Assembly: GCA_964544585.1 (NCBI GenBank)
Contig: CAZJBV010000002.1
Location: forward strand, 131,468 to 195,467
DNA: 64,000 nucleotides
Origin: an uncultured Gammaproteobacteria bacterium
GTDB taxonomy: Bacteria; Patescibacteriota; Microgenomatia; 2-02-FULL-39-11
Direction: 5' to 3'
Shown here: positions 20,939-30,480 of the stretch, piece by piece
How positions within the stretch are numbered: position 1 is the first letter of the stretch
How the letters are laid out: every line of letters starts with the position of its first letter
Program-made: the position numbers and the translations under genes
The notes under the pieces: model-generated
What the model was told of the DNA's origin: nothing
The model's input: only the letters and a program-made list of their open reading frames with translations
Databases searched by the model: none

Positions 20939-22246
20939 ATGATGAAGCAAAAAGTCTTGGCGGGAATTGACATCGGAACATCAAAAGTAACCACAATTAT
21001 TGCCACATCGCCTCCAGACGGCCTAGTCAACGTCATGGGTGTAGCCACAGTCGAAAGTAAAGGCCTTCGTAAAGGTCAAGTAGTGGATATCGAAGATGCA
21101 ACCAGTTCTATCGTAGAAAGCCTGGAGGCAGCAGAAAGGATGGCGGGGTATTCAATTTCCGGCGCCTATCTCACCGTGGGAGGCGCCCACATTACTTCTC
21201 AGAATTCTCATGGAGTCGTGGCCGTTGCCGAACCACAAAAAGAGATAAATAGAGTCGATATAAGACGAGCAATAGACGCGGCCAAGGCAGTCCAGCTTCC
21301 CTCAACTCGAGAAATTCTCCACGTTTTACCTCGTGAATTTATTGTCGACTCTCAAGAAGGCATAAAAGATCCAGTCGGTATGACCGGAGTTCGACTCGAA
21401 GTAAATACTCATCTTATTACAGCCGGGATGACCGCCTTGCGAAATTTGGAAAAATGCGCCTCTCTCGTCGGCGTCGACGTCGAAGGATTTGTCTTTGGAG
21501 GACTAGCAAGTAGCATTTCAGTTCTTACCGAAACAGAAAAAGAACTCGGAGTAATACTCGTGGACATCGGTGGCGGAACAATTGATATATCGATCTATGT
21601 CGAAGGAGCACTGTCCTATTCATCAGTATTACCGATAGGCGCCAAAAATATTACCAATGATCTAGCCATCGGCCTCAGAGTATCACTCGAAAGCGCCGAA
21701 AAAATAAAGCTTGCCTTAAGTCGTGAACCTAAAGTTCTCACCTTGCCAGAGGAGCAACCTCACGAAAAAGATAAAAGGGGTAAAAGTGTCCCCGATGATA
21801 TTGATTTTTCTGAATTATCATTACCGGAGGGTGTCAAAAAGGTTTCCCGGAAGACCCTTATAGACGGAATAATTAAACCGAGGTTAAATGAAATATTTAC
21901 TATGGTCGGACTGGAATTAAAAAAAAGTGGTTTTGCCGGTATGACTCCGGCAGGTCTTGTAATCTGTGGCGGTGGAGCACTCACCACAGGTATCATCGAA
22001 ACCGCCAAAAGAAATCTTGCCATGCCAGTTCGGATCGGTGTACCAGGTAATATTTCCGGTCTTATTGACGAAATCCAGTCTCCATTGTATGCTTCTGCTG
22101 TGGGACTTCTTTTATACGGAGCCCAAGACCAGAAAGATCAAAATACCAGTCCTGCCCTCAAAAATTTCTCCGAGCTCACCCAAAAACTCCCCATAAAAGG
22201 GGTAGCGGGTAAAATCGTAGATATGGTAAAATCCTTCCTGCCTTAA
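20939..22246 (+). CDS. ftsA: Cell division protein FtsA
   Basis: IDIGTSK, GMTGVRLE, VDIGGGT, AEKIK, GGGA. Confidence 0.96.
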   Translation: MMKQKVLAGIDIGTSKVTTIIATSPPDGLVNVMGVATVESKGLRKGQVVDIEDATSSIVESLEAAERMAGYSISGAYLTVGGAHITSQNSHGVVAVAEPQKEINRVDIRRAIDAAKAVQLPSTREILHVLPREFIVDSQEGIKDPVGMTGVRLEVNTHLITAGMTALRNLEKCASLVGVDVEGFVFGGLASSISVLTETEKELGVILVDIGGGTIDISIYVEGALSYSSVLPIGAKNITNDLAIGLRVSLESAEKIKLALSREPKVLTLPEEQPHEKDKRGKSVPDDIDFSELSLPEGVKKVSRKTLIDGIIKPRLNEIFTMVGLELKKSGFAGMTPAGLVICGGGALTTGIIETAKRNLAMPVRIGVPGNISGLIDEIQSPLYASAVGLLLYGAQDQKDQNTSPALKNFSELTQKLPIKGVAGKIVDMVKSFLP

Positions 22247-22257
22247 ATTGTTAAATT

Positions 22258-23367
22258 ATGCTCATCAAACCTGACATAGCCCGTTTTGCCAAAATTAAAG
22301 TCATCGGTATTGGTGGGGGAGGTTGTAACGCCGTAAATTCCATGATCACCACTTCCCAAATAAACGGTGTTGACTTCGTAGGAGTAAATACAGATGCTCA
22401 GGCTCTTCTTACCTCCCAAGCAAACACCAAAATCCAAATTGGAGAAAATCTCACCAAGGGCTTGGGTGCCGGAGGAAATCCCGAGATAGGCAGACAAGCA
22501 GGCGAGGAATCACGCGATAAAATAAAAGAAAATCTTATCGATGCAGACATGGTGTTTATTACCTGCGGGCAAGGTGGTGGTACAGGAACAGGTGCCGCCC
22601 CCATCATTGCTGAAATTGCCAAAGAGGTCGGTGCCCTCACCGTTGCCGTCGTCACTAAGCCATTTGCCTTTGAGGGATCTCGCCGCATGATGGCCGCAGA
22701 AGAAGGAGTTTTAAACCTCAGAGAAAAAGTCGATACCCTAATTGTTATCCCCAACCAGAGAATTCTCGACGTCGTCGACAAAAAAATGACTCTAATTGAA
22801 GCATTCCGTATTGTCGACTCCGTTCTTGGTCAAGGTGTCCAGGGTATATCAGATCTAATCACCATGCCCGGACTTATAAATGTCGATTTTGCTGATGTCC
22901 GGGCTATCATGAATAATGCCGGATCCGCCCTCATGGGAATAGGTACCGGAGTAGGCGAGAATAGGGCAACAGCCGCGGCCAGAATGGCAATTTCCTCACC
23001 CCTTCTTGAACTTTCCATCGATGGTGCCAAAGGAGTCTTATTTAATATAACCGGAGGCAGTGACCTGACCATGTCCGAAGTCGACGAAGCCTCAAAACTA
23101 ATTGCCTCAAGTGTCGACCCCGATGCCAACATCATCTTTGGCGCTACCATCGACGAGCAGATGGTCGACCAAATAAAAATAACCGTTGTCGCTACCGGAT
23201 TTGATGAGGCCAAGAAAAGGCTCGCCGATCTTTCCAGTAAAGTAGAATATAAGGAACAAACCCAAAGCCAGCTCCCCACAACAGTCATTCCTAATGGTTC
23301 CGACGAGCTTCCTCCCGAAGAAGACAAATGGGACATCCCCGCATTTTTAAGGCAAGGTAAAAATTAA
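22258..23367 (+). CDS. ftsZ: Cell division protein FtsZ
   Basis: [22 protein letters not shown]-terminal DIPAFLR. Confidence 0.98.
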   Translation: MLIKPDIARFAKIKVIGIGGGGCNAVNSMITTSQINGVDFVGVNTDAQALLTSQANTKIQIGENLTKGLGAGGNPEIGRQAGEESRDKIKENLIDADMVFITCGQGGGTGTGAAPIIAEIAKEVGALTVAVVTKPFAFEGSRRMMAAEEGVLNLREKVDTLIVIPNQRILDVVDKKMTLIEAFRIVDSVLGQGVQGISDLITMPGLINVDFADVRAIMNNAGSALMGIGTGVGENRATAAARMAISSPLLELSIDGAKGVLFNITGGSDLTMSEVDEASKLIASSVDPDANIIFGATIDEQMVDQIKITVVATGFDEAKKRLADLSSKVEYKEQTQSQLPTTVIPNGSDELPPEEDKWDIPAFLRQGKN

Positions 23368-23380
23368 CTAAGGACAAGTT

Positions 23381-23752
23381 TTAACTTCTGTTTAATACTT
23401 CTTCTAATTGATTTATCAATTTTTCCAAATGATTAATATTTTTTTCCCATCCAGAACTTCTACCTTCCGCTAGTCTTCTACAAGAAAGCAAAGCTAATTT
23501 ATAAGCTTGAGAAGCTATTGGATAACTGCCAATTGCTTCAAATGCTCCGCCTGCTGCATTAAAAGCACCATATGCTTTTAGATCCCATTCTACTTGCCCA
23601 GTGCGTTCGTATAATATATTAGCTATATTTCCTTTTTTAAATAATGCATCAGCCATTATGGGAAATAAATCCTGCCCGCCACGAAAAGCTTCTTTAGCAA
23701 TGCCTTCATTTTTTCTATATTCCGCTTCCAAGATCACTCTTTCGTTTTCCAT
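23381..23752 (-). CDS. Hypothetical helical (TPR-like) protein
   Basis: 123-aa ATG ORF filling the ftsZ-ileS gap on the opposite strand; no family recognised. Confidence 0.55.
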   Translation of the reverse strand: MENERVILEAEYRKNEGIAKEAFRGGQDLFPIMADALFKKGNIANILYERTGQVEWDLKAYGAFNAAGGAFEAIGSYPIASQAYKLALLSCRRLAEGRSSGWEKNINHLEKLINQLEEVLNRS

Positions 23753-23884
23753 ACAATATTTATATCATTACAATATTTAATTCGTCTGCAATCAATCACC
23801 TACTCTTTCTTTCTACCCCCTTTGCTATTTCTATCATTTGAATTGTAGCATAATTTACTCATTTTCTGTAAAATAAAGCCTATT

Positions 23885-26719
23885 ATGAGTTTTAAGCCAG
23901 TTTCGCCGCAGGTAAATTTTCCCGCACTTGAGGAAGAAATCCTCAAATATTGGAAAGAAAATAAAATATTTGAAAAATCTGTAGAAAGTCGTCCTGAAGA
24001 TAAAATTTGGACATTTCTGGATGGTCCTCCTTTTATTACAGGCACACCCCATTACGGCTCACTTTTATCAAGTATCCCCAAGGACGTTTTCCCCAGATTC
24101 TGGACCATGAAAGGCTACAGAGTCCGCCGCGTCTGGGGCTGGGACTGTCACGGTCTTCCGGCCGAAAACAAAGTCGAGACATCATTGGGGCTAAAATCAA
24201 AAAGAGAAATAGAAGAGAAAGTCGGCGTCAAAAAGTTCATCGAAGAATGTAAACGCTATGTCTCGACCACATCATCGGAATGGGATTGGTATATAGATCA
24301 CATTGGCCGTTGGGTCGATTTTAAAAATGCCTATAAAACCATGGATCTGCCTTATATGGAAACAGTCATGTGGGTTTTTAAGCAAATATATGACAAGGGA
24401 TATATCTATAAAGGTCTGCGGGTCTCTCTTTACTGTCCCCACTGCGCCACACCGATCTCCAATTTTGAAGTAGCAATGGACGCTGACAACTATAAAGAAA
24501 TAACAGAACCGGCAAACGTTTATAAATATAAATTAAAAAATGAGCAAAATACGTTTATTCTTGCTTGGTCAACAACACCATGGAATAAAATTGTGACCCC
24601 AGCTCTCGCTGTCAACCCCAAGCTAACCTATGTAAAAGTGAAACAGGGGAAAGAATATTATATTTTAGCTAAAGATACACAACGCATGTTGAAAGACGAA
24701 CCGTATAAAATTCTTCAAGAATTTCCCGGTGCATCATTAGTTGGGAAAAAATTCGAGCGGCATTTTGACTTTTATGAAATTGAGAAAGGAAAAAAGGGCG
24801 AAGTAATTATTCCTGGTGACTTTGTAACAGCAGAGGAAGGAACAGGAGTAGTGACAATTGCCGCATATGGAGAAGAAGATTTAGCAGTATCGCTGAAAGA
24901 AAATATACAAATTGTTCTTCAATTGGATGAAGAAGGATATTTGAAAGATTTTGTTCCGAAATGGGGAGGGATGTATTATCTAAAAGCCGATAAATACGTG
25001 AACGAAGATTTAGCAGGAAGAGGACTAATGTATCGTGAAGATCCTTACACACATACTGTACCCACATGTTGGCGTTGTCATACAAGACTTATCTATGCAC
25101 CTCAAGACGCCTGGTACGTCGACATTCAAAAACTTAAGCCCCTCCTTTTTAAAACAAATAAAAAAATAAATTGGTTTCCCAAACACTTTAAATACGGCCG
25201 ATTTCAAAAAAGCATGGAATTTGCTCCCGACTGGAACATATCAAGAAGTAGGTATTGGGGTTCTCCCGTTCCCGTCTGGGAATGTAGTCCGCCATCTGGT
25301 GGATGTGGTGAACGCTTTGTTCCCGGCTCAATTAAAGAGTTAGAAGAAGCCGCAGGCCAAAAAATAAACGACCTCCATAAGCCAGAAATAGACGATATCA
25401 AAATCACCTGCCAAAAATGTGGCAAAAAGGTTAGTAGAGTCCCGGAGGTTTTGGATAGTTGGATTGAGGCAGGGTCCGCCTCGTTTGCCGAGCGTCATTT
25501 TCCCTTTGAAAAAAAAATCAAACTCGAAGACTTTTTTCCTCCGGATTTTATCGCCGAATATACAGGCCAAATCCGCGCCTGGTTTTATGTCCTCCATGTA
25601 ATCGGCGCAGCCCTTTATAGATCTCCTGCATTCAAAAATGTCCTCGTCGAAGGAGTGATCCTTGGTACCGATGGCAGAAAAATGAGTAAAAATTATGGAA
25701 ATTACCCAGATCCTAGGCAACTTCTGCAAGAATACGGCGGCGACGCCTTAAGGCTTTATCTTCTTGGTTCACCCGTCATGAAAGGAGAAGACATCAGGAT
25801 TTCCGAAGAAGACTATCGCAATCAACTCCGCGGCCTGATGCTCATCCTCTGGAATGTCTATAACTTTTTTATAACCTATGCCAACGTCGATAAATGGAAA
25901 CCTCCTGCTCACTACAAACTACAAACTACAAACTACAAACTAGCCATACTCGATCGCTGGATTCTATCGCGACTACAAAAACTGATAGAAAATTTGACTC
26001 AAAAGTATGAAAATTTCAATACTATAGATGCTGTTACCAACTTGGATTTATTCATTCAGGAGCTCTCTACTTGGTATATCAGACGAAGTCGAGATAGAGT
26101 CGGTCCAACTGTTGGAAACCAAAGCGATAAAAATGCATTTTATTCAACATCATATTATATTCTGACGACGCTTTGTCAGCTCGCCGCACCCCTCATTCCT
26201 TTCCTTACCGATTCAATGTATAGAAACCTGACAGACAGTGAATCAGTCCACCTCAGCTCTTTTCCGGCTATCGATAAAAAATATATTTATCAAAAACTTG
26301 AAGAAGAAATGACTCTTGCCCTAAAAATTGTCGAAAAAGCGCACGCTCAAAGAAAAGAAGCAAAAATAAAAGTCCGCCAACCATTATTATCTTTATTTAC
26401 TGTCACAGCAGAACCTTTATCAAATGAGGTTTTACAAATTATTTCCAAAGAAATAAATGTCAAAGAGATAAAAAATAAAAAGGGAGAAACACTATCAGTT
26501 AGACTGGATAAAACAATTACCCCAGAGTTAAAAAAAGAGGGTGAAGCCAGAGAACTAGTAAGACAAATTCAATTAAGACGAAAAGAAATAGGATGCAAAA
26601 TCGACCAAAAGGTAATAGTCACCCTTCCTTCATGGCCAAAGGAGTTTGAAGAATATATTAAAAATGAAGTTCTGGCACAAAAACTAGAAAAAGGTAATCA
26701 ACTTGAGGTTAAATTTTGA
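23885..26719 (+). CDS. ileS: Isoleucine--tRNA ligase (IleRS2 type)
   Basis: DGPPF, HYGS (HIGH variant), GWDCHGLP, DWNISRSRYWG, KMSK. Confidence 0.95.
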   Translation: MSFKPVSPQVNFPALEEEILKYWKENKIFEKSVESRPEDKIWTFLDGPPFITGTPHYGSLLSSIPKDVFPRFWTMKGYRVRRVWGWDCHGLPAENKVETSLGLKSKREIEEKVGVKKFIEECKRYVSTTSSEWDWYIDHIGRWVDFKNAYKTMDLPYMETVMWVFKQIYDKGYIYKGLRVSLYCPHCATPISNFEVAMDADNYKEITEPANVYKYKLKNEQNTFILAWSTTPWNKIVTPALAVNPKLTYVKVKQGKEYYILAKDTQRMLKDEPYKILQEFPGASLVGKKFERHFDFYEIEKGKKGEVIIPGDFVTAEEGTGVVTIAAYGEEDLAVSLKENIQIVLQLDEEGYLKDFVPKWGGMYYLKADKYVNEDLAGRGLMYREDPYTHTVPTCWRCHTRLIYAPQDAWYVDIQKLKPLLFKTNKKINWFPKHFKYGRFQKSMEFAPDWNISRSRYWGSPVPVWECSPPSGGCGERFVPGSIKELEEAAGQKINDLHKPEIDDIKITCQKCGKKVSRVPEVLDSWIEAGSASFAERHFPFEKKIKLEDFFPPDFIAEYTGQIRAWFYVLHVIGAALYRSPAFKNVLVEGVILGTDGRKMSKNYGNYPDPRQLLQEYGGDALRLYLLGSPVMKGEDIRISEEDYRNQLRGLMLILWNVYNFFITYANVDKWKPPAHYKLQTTNYKLAILDRWILSRLQKLIENLTQKYENFNTIDAVTNLDLFIQELSTWYIRRSRDRVGPTVGNQSDKNAFYSTSYYILTTLCQLAAPLIPFLTDSMYRNLTDSESVHLSSFPAIDKKYIYQKLEEEMTLALKIVEKAHAQRKEAKIKVRQPLLSLFTVTAEPLSNEVLQIISKEINVKEIKNKKGETLSVRLDKTITPELKKEGEARELVRQIQLRRKEIGCKIDQKVIVTLPSWPKEFEEYIKNEVLAQKLEKGNQLEVKF
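25288..25303. repeat. TCCGCCA-family mini-palindrome in frame in ileS
   Basis: TCCGCCA-TC-TGGTGGA, encodes SPPSGG between two Cys; relatives at 29880, 46147, 46217 and 58053. Confidence 0.7.
25911..25942 (+). repeat. Heptamer tandem repeat (ACTACAA)x4.5 inside ileS
   Basis: actacaa actacaa actacaa actacaa acta; encodes YKLQTTNYKL. Confidence 0.85.
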
Positions 26720-27767
26720 TCCTATACTCGTCCTTTCACTTGCTGGACTGTCCGGCTTTTCTCTTGCGGTAATTGCCAGTACAAACCCTAAATTATTTCC
26801 CAGCCAATTAATTTTTTTCTTACTCAGTGCTGGACTCTATATTATTTTCGCTAGACTTGACTATCGCGTTTATAAACCTCTCCTTGGTTTTCTCTATTTA
26901 GTTTCAGTAATAAGCCTCATCATTCCATTTATCGGTCCGGAAATAAGGGGCGCTCAAAGATGGATCGATATTTTGGGTTTTCGACTCCAAACTTCAGAAG
27001 TGGTTAAACCCGCAATCTTTGTTATCCTTGCCCAAATTCTTTCCCAAACAAAATTCCTTCACCTACCGTCAAAATTAGCCGCAGGCCTAGCCATTAGTCT
27101 TCCCATTCTTATTATTTTCAAACAACCCGATCTTGGAAACGTCATTGTTTACTTGGGAGTATTCGTCCTTCTTTTAATCGCAAGAGGGATAAAGATTCGC
27201 AATATTCTTAGTTTGGCCATTGTATCTGTTCTCTTCTTTCCCTTAATTTGGAATAATTTAGCAGAATATCAGAAATTAAGAATCATCACATTTTTAGATC
27301 CAGGAGCTGATCCTGCCGGAGCAGGATACAACGCCTTGCAGTCAACGATTGCCATCGGGTCGGGTGGGATTTTCGGCTTGGGTTTAGGCAGAGGAACACA
27401 GAGTCATTTAAGATTTTTGCCGGAATTTCATACAGATTTTGCTTTTGCCTCGCAAATTGAAGAATTTGGTTTTATCTCAGGAATATTTATTCTCGCCTGT
27501 TATTTCATCCTTTTGTTTAGACTTCTTCTCATTGCTAGACAGACGGCAGATTCATTTGGAAGGCTTATAGTTATTGCACTCTTTTCTCAAATTATTATCC
27601 AGCTATTTATTAATATTGGCATGAATATTGGTATCCTTCCCGTGACCGGTATTACCCTGCCATTCCTATCTTATGGTGGAAGCTCAATAATTGGACTTTC
27701 CATCGCCTTGGGTCTTGTATACTCTGTAGACTCACAAAACGTTGGGAAACCACTTGTTGTAGCCTAA
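26703..27767 (+). CDS. rodA: SEDS protein RodA
   Basis: GAQRWI, QPDLG, LPEFHTDF, GITLPFLSYGG. Confidence 0.85.
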   Translation: MRLNFDPILVLSLAGLSGFSLAVIASTNPKLFPSQLIFFLLSAGLYIIFARLDYRVYKPLLGFLYLVSVISLIIPFIGPEIRGAQRWIDILGFRLQTSEVVKPAIFVILAQILSQTKFLHLPSKLAAGLAISLPILIIFKQPDLGNVIVYLGVFVLLLIARGIKIRNILSLAIVSVLFFPLIWNNLAEYQKLRIITFLDPGADPAGAGYNALQSTIAIGSGGIFGLGLGRGTQSHLRFLPEFHTDFAFASQIEEFGFISGIFILACYFILLFRLLLIARQTADSFGRLIVIALFSQIIIQLFINIGMNIGILPVTGITLPFLSYGGSSIIGLSIALGLVYSVDSQNVGKPLVVA

Positions 27768-27792
27768 AGATTTTTGCTATAATTACACGTCT

Positions 27793-28137
27793 ATGTATGC
27801 AGTAATCGATATTGCAGGGAAACAATACAAAGTTTCACCAGAAGACAAAATAACCACGGAAAAAATAGAGGGAGCATTGGGAGATAAATTACTCTTTGAT
27901 AAAATCCTGCTTGTCAAAGATGGAGAATCAATCCTTTTTGGCACACCCTATATAAATGGTTTTAGAGTAAATGGACAAATTGTTTCTCAGACAAAAAGCG
28001 AAAAGATAAAAGTATCAAAATTCAAAGCAAAAGTTCGTTACAGAAAAACAACAGGATATCGCCCAAAGCTGACAGAAATAAAAATATTGTCACTGGTAAG
28101 ACCTAGAAAGAGCCAGTTGACAACCGTGAAAAAATAA
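27793..28137 (+). CDS. rplU: 50S ribosomal protein L21
   Basis: MYAVIDIAGKQYKV, RYRKTTGYR. Confidence 0.95.
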   Translation: MYAVIDIAGKQYKVSPEDKITTEKIEGALGDKLLFDKILLVKDGESILFGTPYINGFRVNGQIVSQTKSEKIKVSKFKAKVRYRKTTGYRPKLTEIKILSLVRPRKSQLTTVKK

Positions 28138-28206
28138 AGTACCCTTTTCACAGTAAATTGCACTTCTGGAATTTAAAATTTGAAATTTATAATTTAAAAT
28201 TATTTT

Positions 28207-28452
28207 ATGGCCCATGTTAAAGCAGGAGCTACGACCAAAGGCAATAGAGATGCAGTCGGAAAAAGGCTGGGAGTAAAAATCTTCGGCGGGGCAAGTGCCC
28301 TGCCTGGTAATATTATCATCCGCCAAAGAGGAACCAGATATTTCCCAGGCGATGGAGTAAAAATGGGTCGGGATTTTACCATCTTTGCCGTTAAAAAGGG
28401 AATTGTTGCCTTTAAAACAAAACACGAAAAGCAGTACGTTGCTGTGATTTAA
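28207..28452 (+). CDS. rpmA: 50S ribosomal protein L27
   Basis: KRLGVK, IIIRQRGT, GRDFTIFA. Confidence 0.96.
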   Translation: MAHVKAGATTKGNRDAVGKRLGVKIFGGASALPGNIIIRQRGTRYFPGDGVKMGRDFTIFAVKKGIVAFKTKHEKQYVAVI

Positions 28453-28466
28453 AATGATATAATACT

Positions 28467-29288
28467 ATGCAAACAACACCTCACGGCATGGAAATATTGG
28501 AAATTGACATAAACGAACTCCAACCAAATCCTCTCCAAGTAAGAGCTGTTATAAAATCCGAAAGCCTAGTTGATCTAGTCGAATCAATCAAAGAACACGG
28601 CGTTTTAGAGCCATTGGTTGTTGCTAAAACTCCGGCCGGCTACCAAATAGTTGCCGGTGAGCGCCGCTGGAGGGCCGCAAAAATAGTCGGTCTCAAAAAA
28701 CTTCCGGTGATAGTCAAGGAAACTACAGCTCAGGGAATGCTCGAACTGGCGCTGGTCGAAAATGTGCAAAGAGAAGATCTCAACGCCATCGAAAGAGCTC
28801 AGGGATTCCAAAGACTGCTCGATGAATTTGGACTTGGTGTCACTGAAATTTCTAAAAGAATCGGCAAAAGCCCAGCCTATGTTTCCAATACATTAAGACT
28901 TCTTTCCCTCCCCGATGCCATAAAAGACGGAATCATTTCTGGTCAAATATCAGAAGGTCACGCTCGTGCTATAGCAGGCCTAGGCGATCCAAAACTCATG
29001 GTGGAGGCCTTCAAAACCATCCTCGCCGAAGGAGCATCAGTCAGAAAAGCAGAAGAGCTTTCCCGAAAAATTAAGACATCTCTCCTTCACGGACCGAGGT
29101 CGGCAGTAGAACACATTTTTTCTTCAGAAATGGAAGATTTTGCCGAAAAAATAGGAAAATTGTTAGGCGCAACAGCATCTATTGTCCAGACTAAAAGCCG
29201 TGCCGTTGTTAAAATGACATTTGAAGGAGGAGTTCCCGAGACGACCCAAAAGATACATGATTTTTTTCAAAAGATTAACGTCTCTTAA
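28467..29288 (+). CDS. parB: ParB/Spo0J family partition protein
   Basis: PNPLQVR, VAGERRWRA, ENVQREDL, HTH, GHARA. Confidence 0.92.
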   Translation: MQTTPHGMEILEIDINELQPNPLQVRAVIKSESLVDLVESIKEHGVLEPLVVAKTPAGYQIVAGERRWRAAKIVGLKKLPVIVKETTAQGMLELALVENVQREDLNAIERAQGFQRLLDEFGLGVTEISKRIGKSPAYVSNTLRLLSLPDAIKDGIISGQISEGHARAIAGLGDPKLMVEAFKTILAEGASVRKAEELSRKIKTSLLHGPRSAVEHIFSSEMEDFAEKIGKLLGATASIVQTKSRAVVKMTFEGGVPETTQKIHDFFQKINVS

Positions 29289-29290
29289 AA

Positions 29291-29854
29291 CTAATTCTCC
29301 GAAGAATAACTAATCGTAGCCAGTTTACCTAAACGCTGTGGAGGCCAATAGCGGAAAAATGCCCTCCCTACAATTTTCGCCTCGTCTACAGGTCCAAATT
29401 CTCTAGAATCAGAAGAATGAAAGCGATTGTCACCGAGGACAAAATAGTGACCCTCGGCAACCGTAATATCCAATCCTTCACTCATAAAGCCATTTCCTAA
29501 GATTGTCGTTTTATCAGGTTCATAAGCCTCTGCTAATTTTTGTCCATTGACGTATACTACACCAGCTTCTATTCTCACCGTTTCGCCAGGCAAAGCTATA
29601 ACTCTTTTAATGTAGTCAATATCTGGATTTTCCGGTGACTCAAACACTATTACATCTCCACGATTAGGTGTATTAAATTTATATGATATTTTATCTGTCA
29701 ATATATACTCGCCACTATGAAAATTTGGCAGCATCGAATCTCCCTTGACTTCATGTGGCTGCATCAGGAAAAGATAAATAACCACAAATATCGATGCACC
29801 GACGACAATCGTCTCTAAAAAATCCAAAAAAAATGTCCCTATCTTTTTCAGCAT
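29291..29854 (-). CDS. lepB: Signal peptidase I
   Basis: GDSMLP, YIKRVI, GDNRFHSSDSR; start at ATG 29854 because the upstream extension is REP sequence. Confidence 0.93.
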   Translation of the reverse strand: MLKKIGTFFLDFLETIVVGASIFVVIYLFLMQPHEVKGDSMLPNFHSGEYILTDKISYKFNTPNRGDVIVFESPENPDIDYIKRVIALPGETVRIEAGVVYVNGQKLAEAYEPDKTTILGNGFMSEGLDITVAEGHYFVLGDNRFHSSDSREFGPVDEAKIVGRAFFRYWPPQRLGKLATISYSSEN

Positions 29855-29861
29855 ACTTAAA

Positions 29862-29914
29862 CCACCTCGGATGGTGGCAGTCCGCCATCTAGCGGACATG
29901 ACTCCTCCGAGGTG
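29862..29914. repeat. REP palindrome with a nested GTCCGC-CATCTA-GCGGAC hairpin, upstream of lepB
   Basis: CCACCTCGGATGGTGGCA[GTCCGCCATCTAGCGGAC]ATGACTCCTCCGAGGTG. Confidence 0.85.
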
Positions 29915-29986
29915 AAGGAATCAGAACTATGGTAGATCTATAATTTAAGTGTAGTGGTATAATAAAAAACTGTCAAGGAAAAAATA

Positions 29987-30063
29987 GGACGCATAGCTCA
30001 GATGGCTAGAGCGTTGCATTCACATTGCAAAGGTCCCAGGTTCAAGTCCTGGTGCGTCCACCA
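29987..30063 (+). tRNA. tRNA-Val(CAC)
   Basis: GGACGCA/TGCGTCC acceptor stem, TTGCA-ttCACat-TGCAA anticodon arm, GGTTCAAGTCC, encoded CCA. Confidence 0.95.
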
Positions 30064-30149
30064 AAAAAGAAAAGCTTGTTAAAAAATTTAAAAAAAAGAA
30101 AAAAAAAGGGGAAATAGGGCTATAATAAAAGCCTCTATAAAAAAAGGAA

Positions 30150-30329
30150 TTACGTTATTCTATTAAACGCTCTCCAGAAAGCTTCCTTTACATCTTCTAC
30201 AAAGTCTTCTCCTCGTTCGGTTAGAGCCTCCATATGCGAATTATAAAGCCCAGAAGACGCCAGATGTTGAGATTTTCCCATCTCATCAGCGGCTTCATAT
30301 CCGCATATCGGACATGTCCAATTCTCCAT
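30150..30329 (-). CDS. Small hypothetical protein with a CxxC...H zinc-finger-like motif
   Basis: MENWTCPICGYE...QH; GGGGGTGAGG SD-like sequence upstream. Confidence 0.6.
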   Translation of the reverse strand: MENWTCPICGYEAADEMGKSQHLASSGLYNSHMEALTERGEDFVEDVKEAFWRAFNRIT

Positions 30330-30435
30330 AAGTACCTTCCTCACCCCCTTCCAAAAAATTTATAAATTAAACTATATTACCCGAAACTAATCAAGTAATC
30401 AATAAGAGAATTGTAAGAGGTTTGTAAGTGACATA

Positions 30436-30477
30436 GACACCTCCGAGGTGTGCGAATGCACTCCTCGGATGGTGGAG
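30436..30477. repeat. REP palindrome, intergenic
   Basis: GACACCTCCGAGGTGTGCGAATGCACTCCTCGGATGGTGGAG; same arms as the coding 66-nt copies without the nested palindrome. Confidence 0.88.
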
Positions 30478-30480
30478 GCT

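Noticed and set aside
1-23367. Absence of murD and ddl from the dcw cluster
   Set aside because: The cluster is cut by the window edge and these genes may lie elsewhere; absence cannot be concluded.
29855-29899. N-terminal extension of lepB in the ORF track
   Set aside because: It is a translation of the REP element, not signal peptidase sequence.
30064-30149. A-rich tract after tRNA-Val as a functional repeat
   Set aside because: Low complexity only; plausibly a terminator region for the convergent gene.
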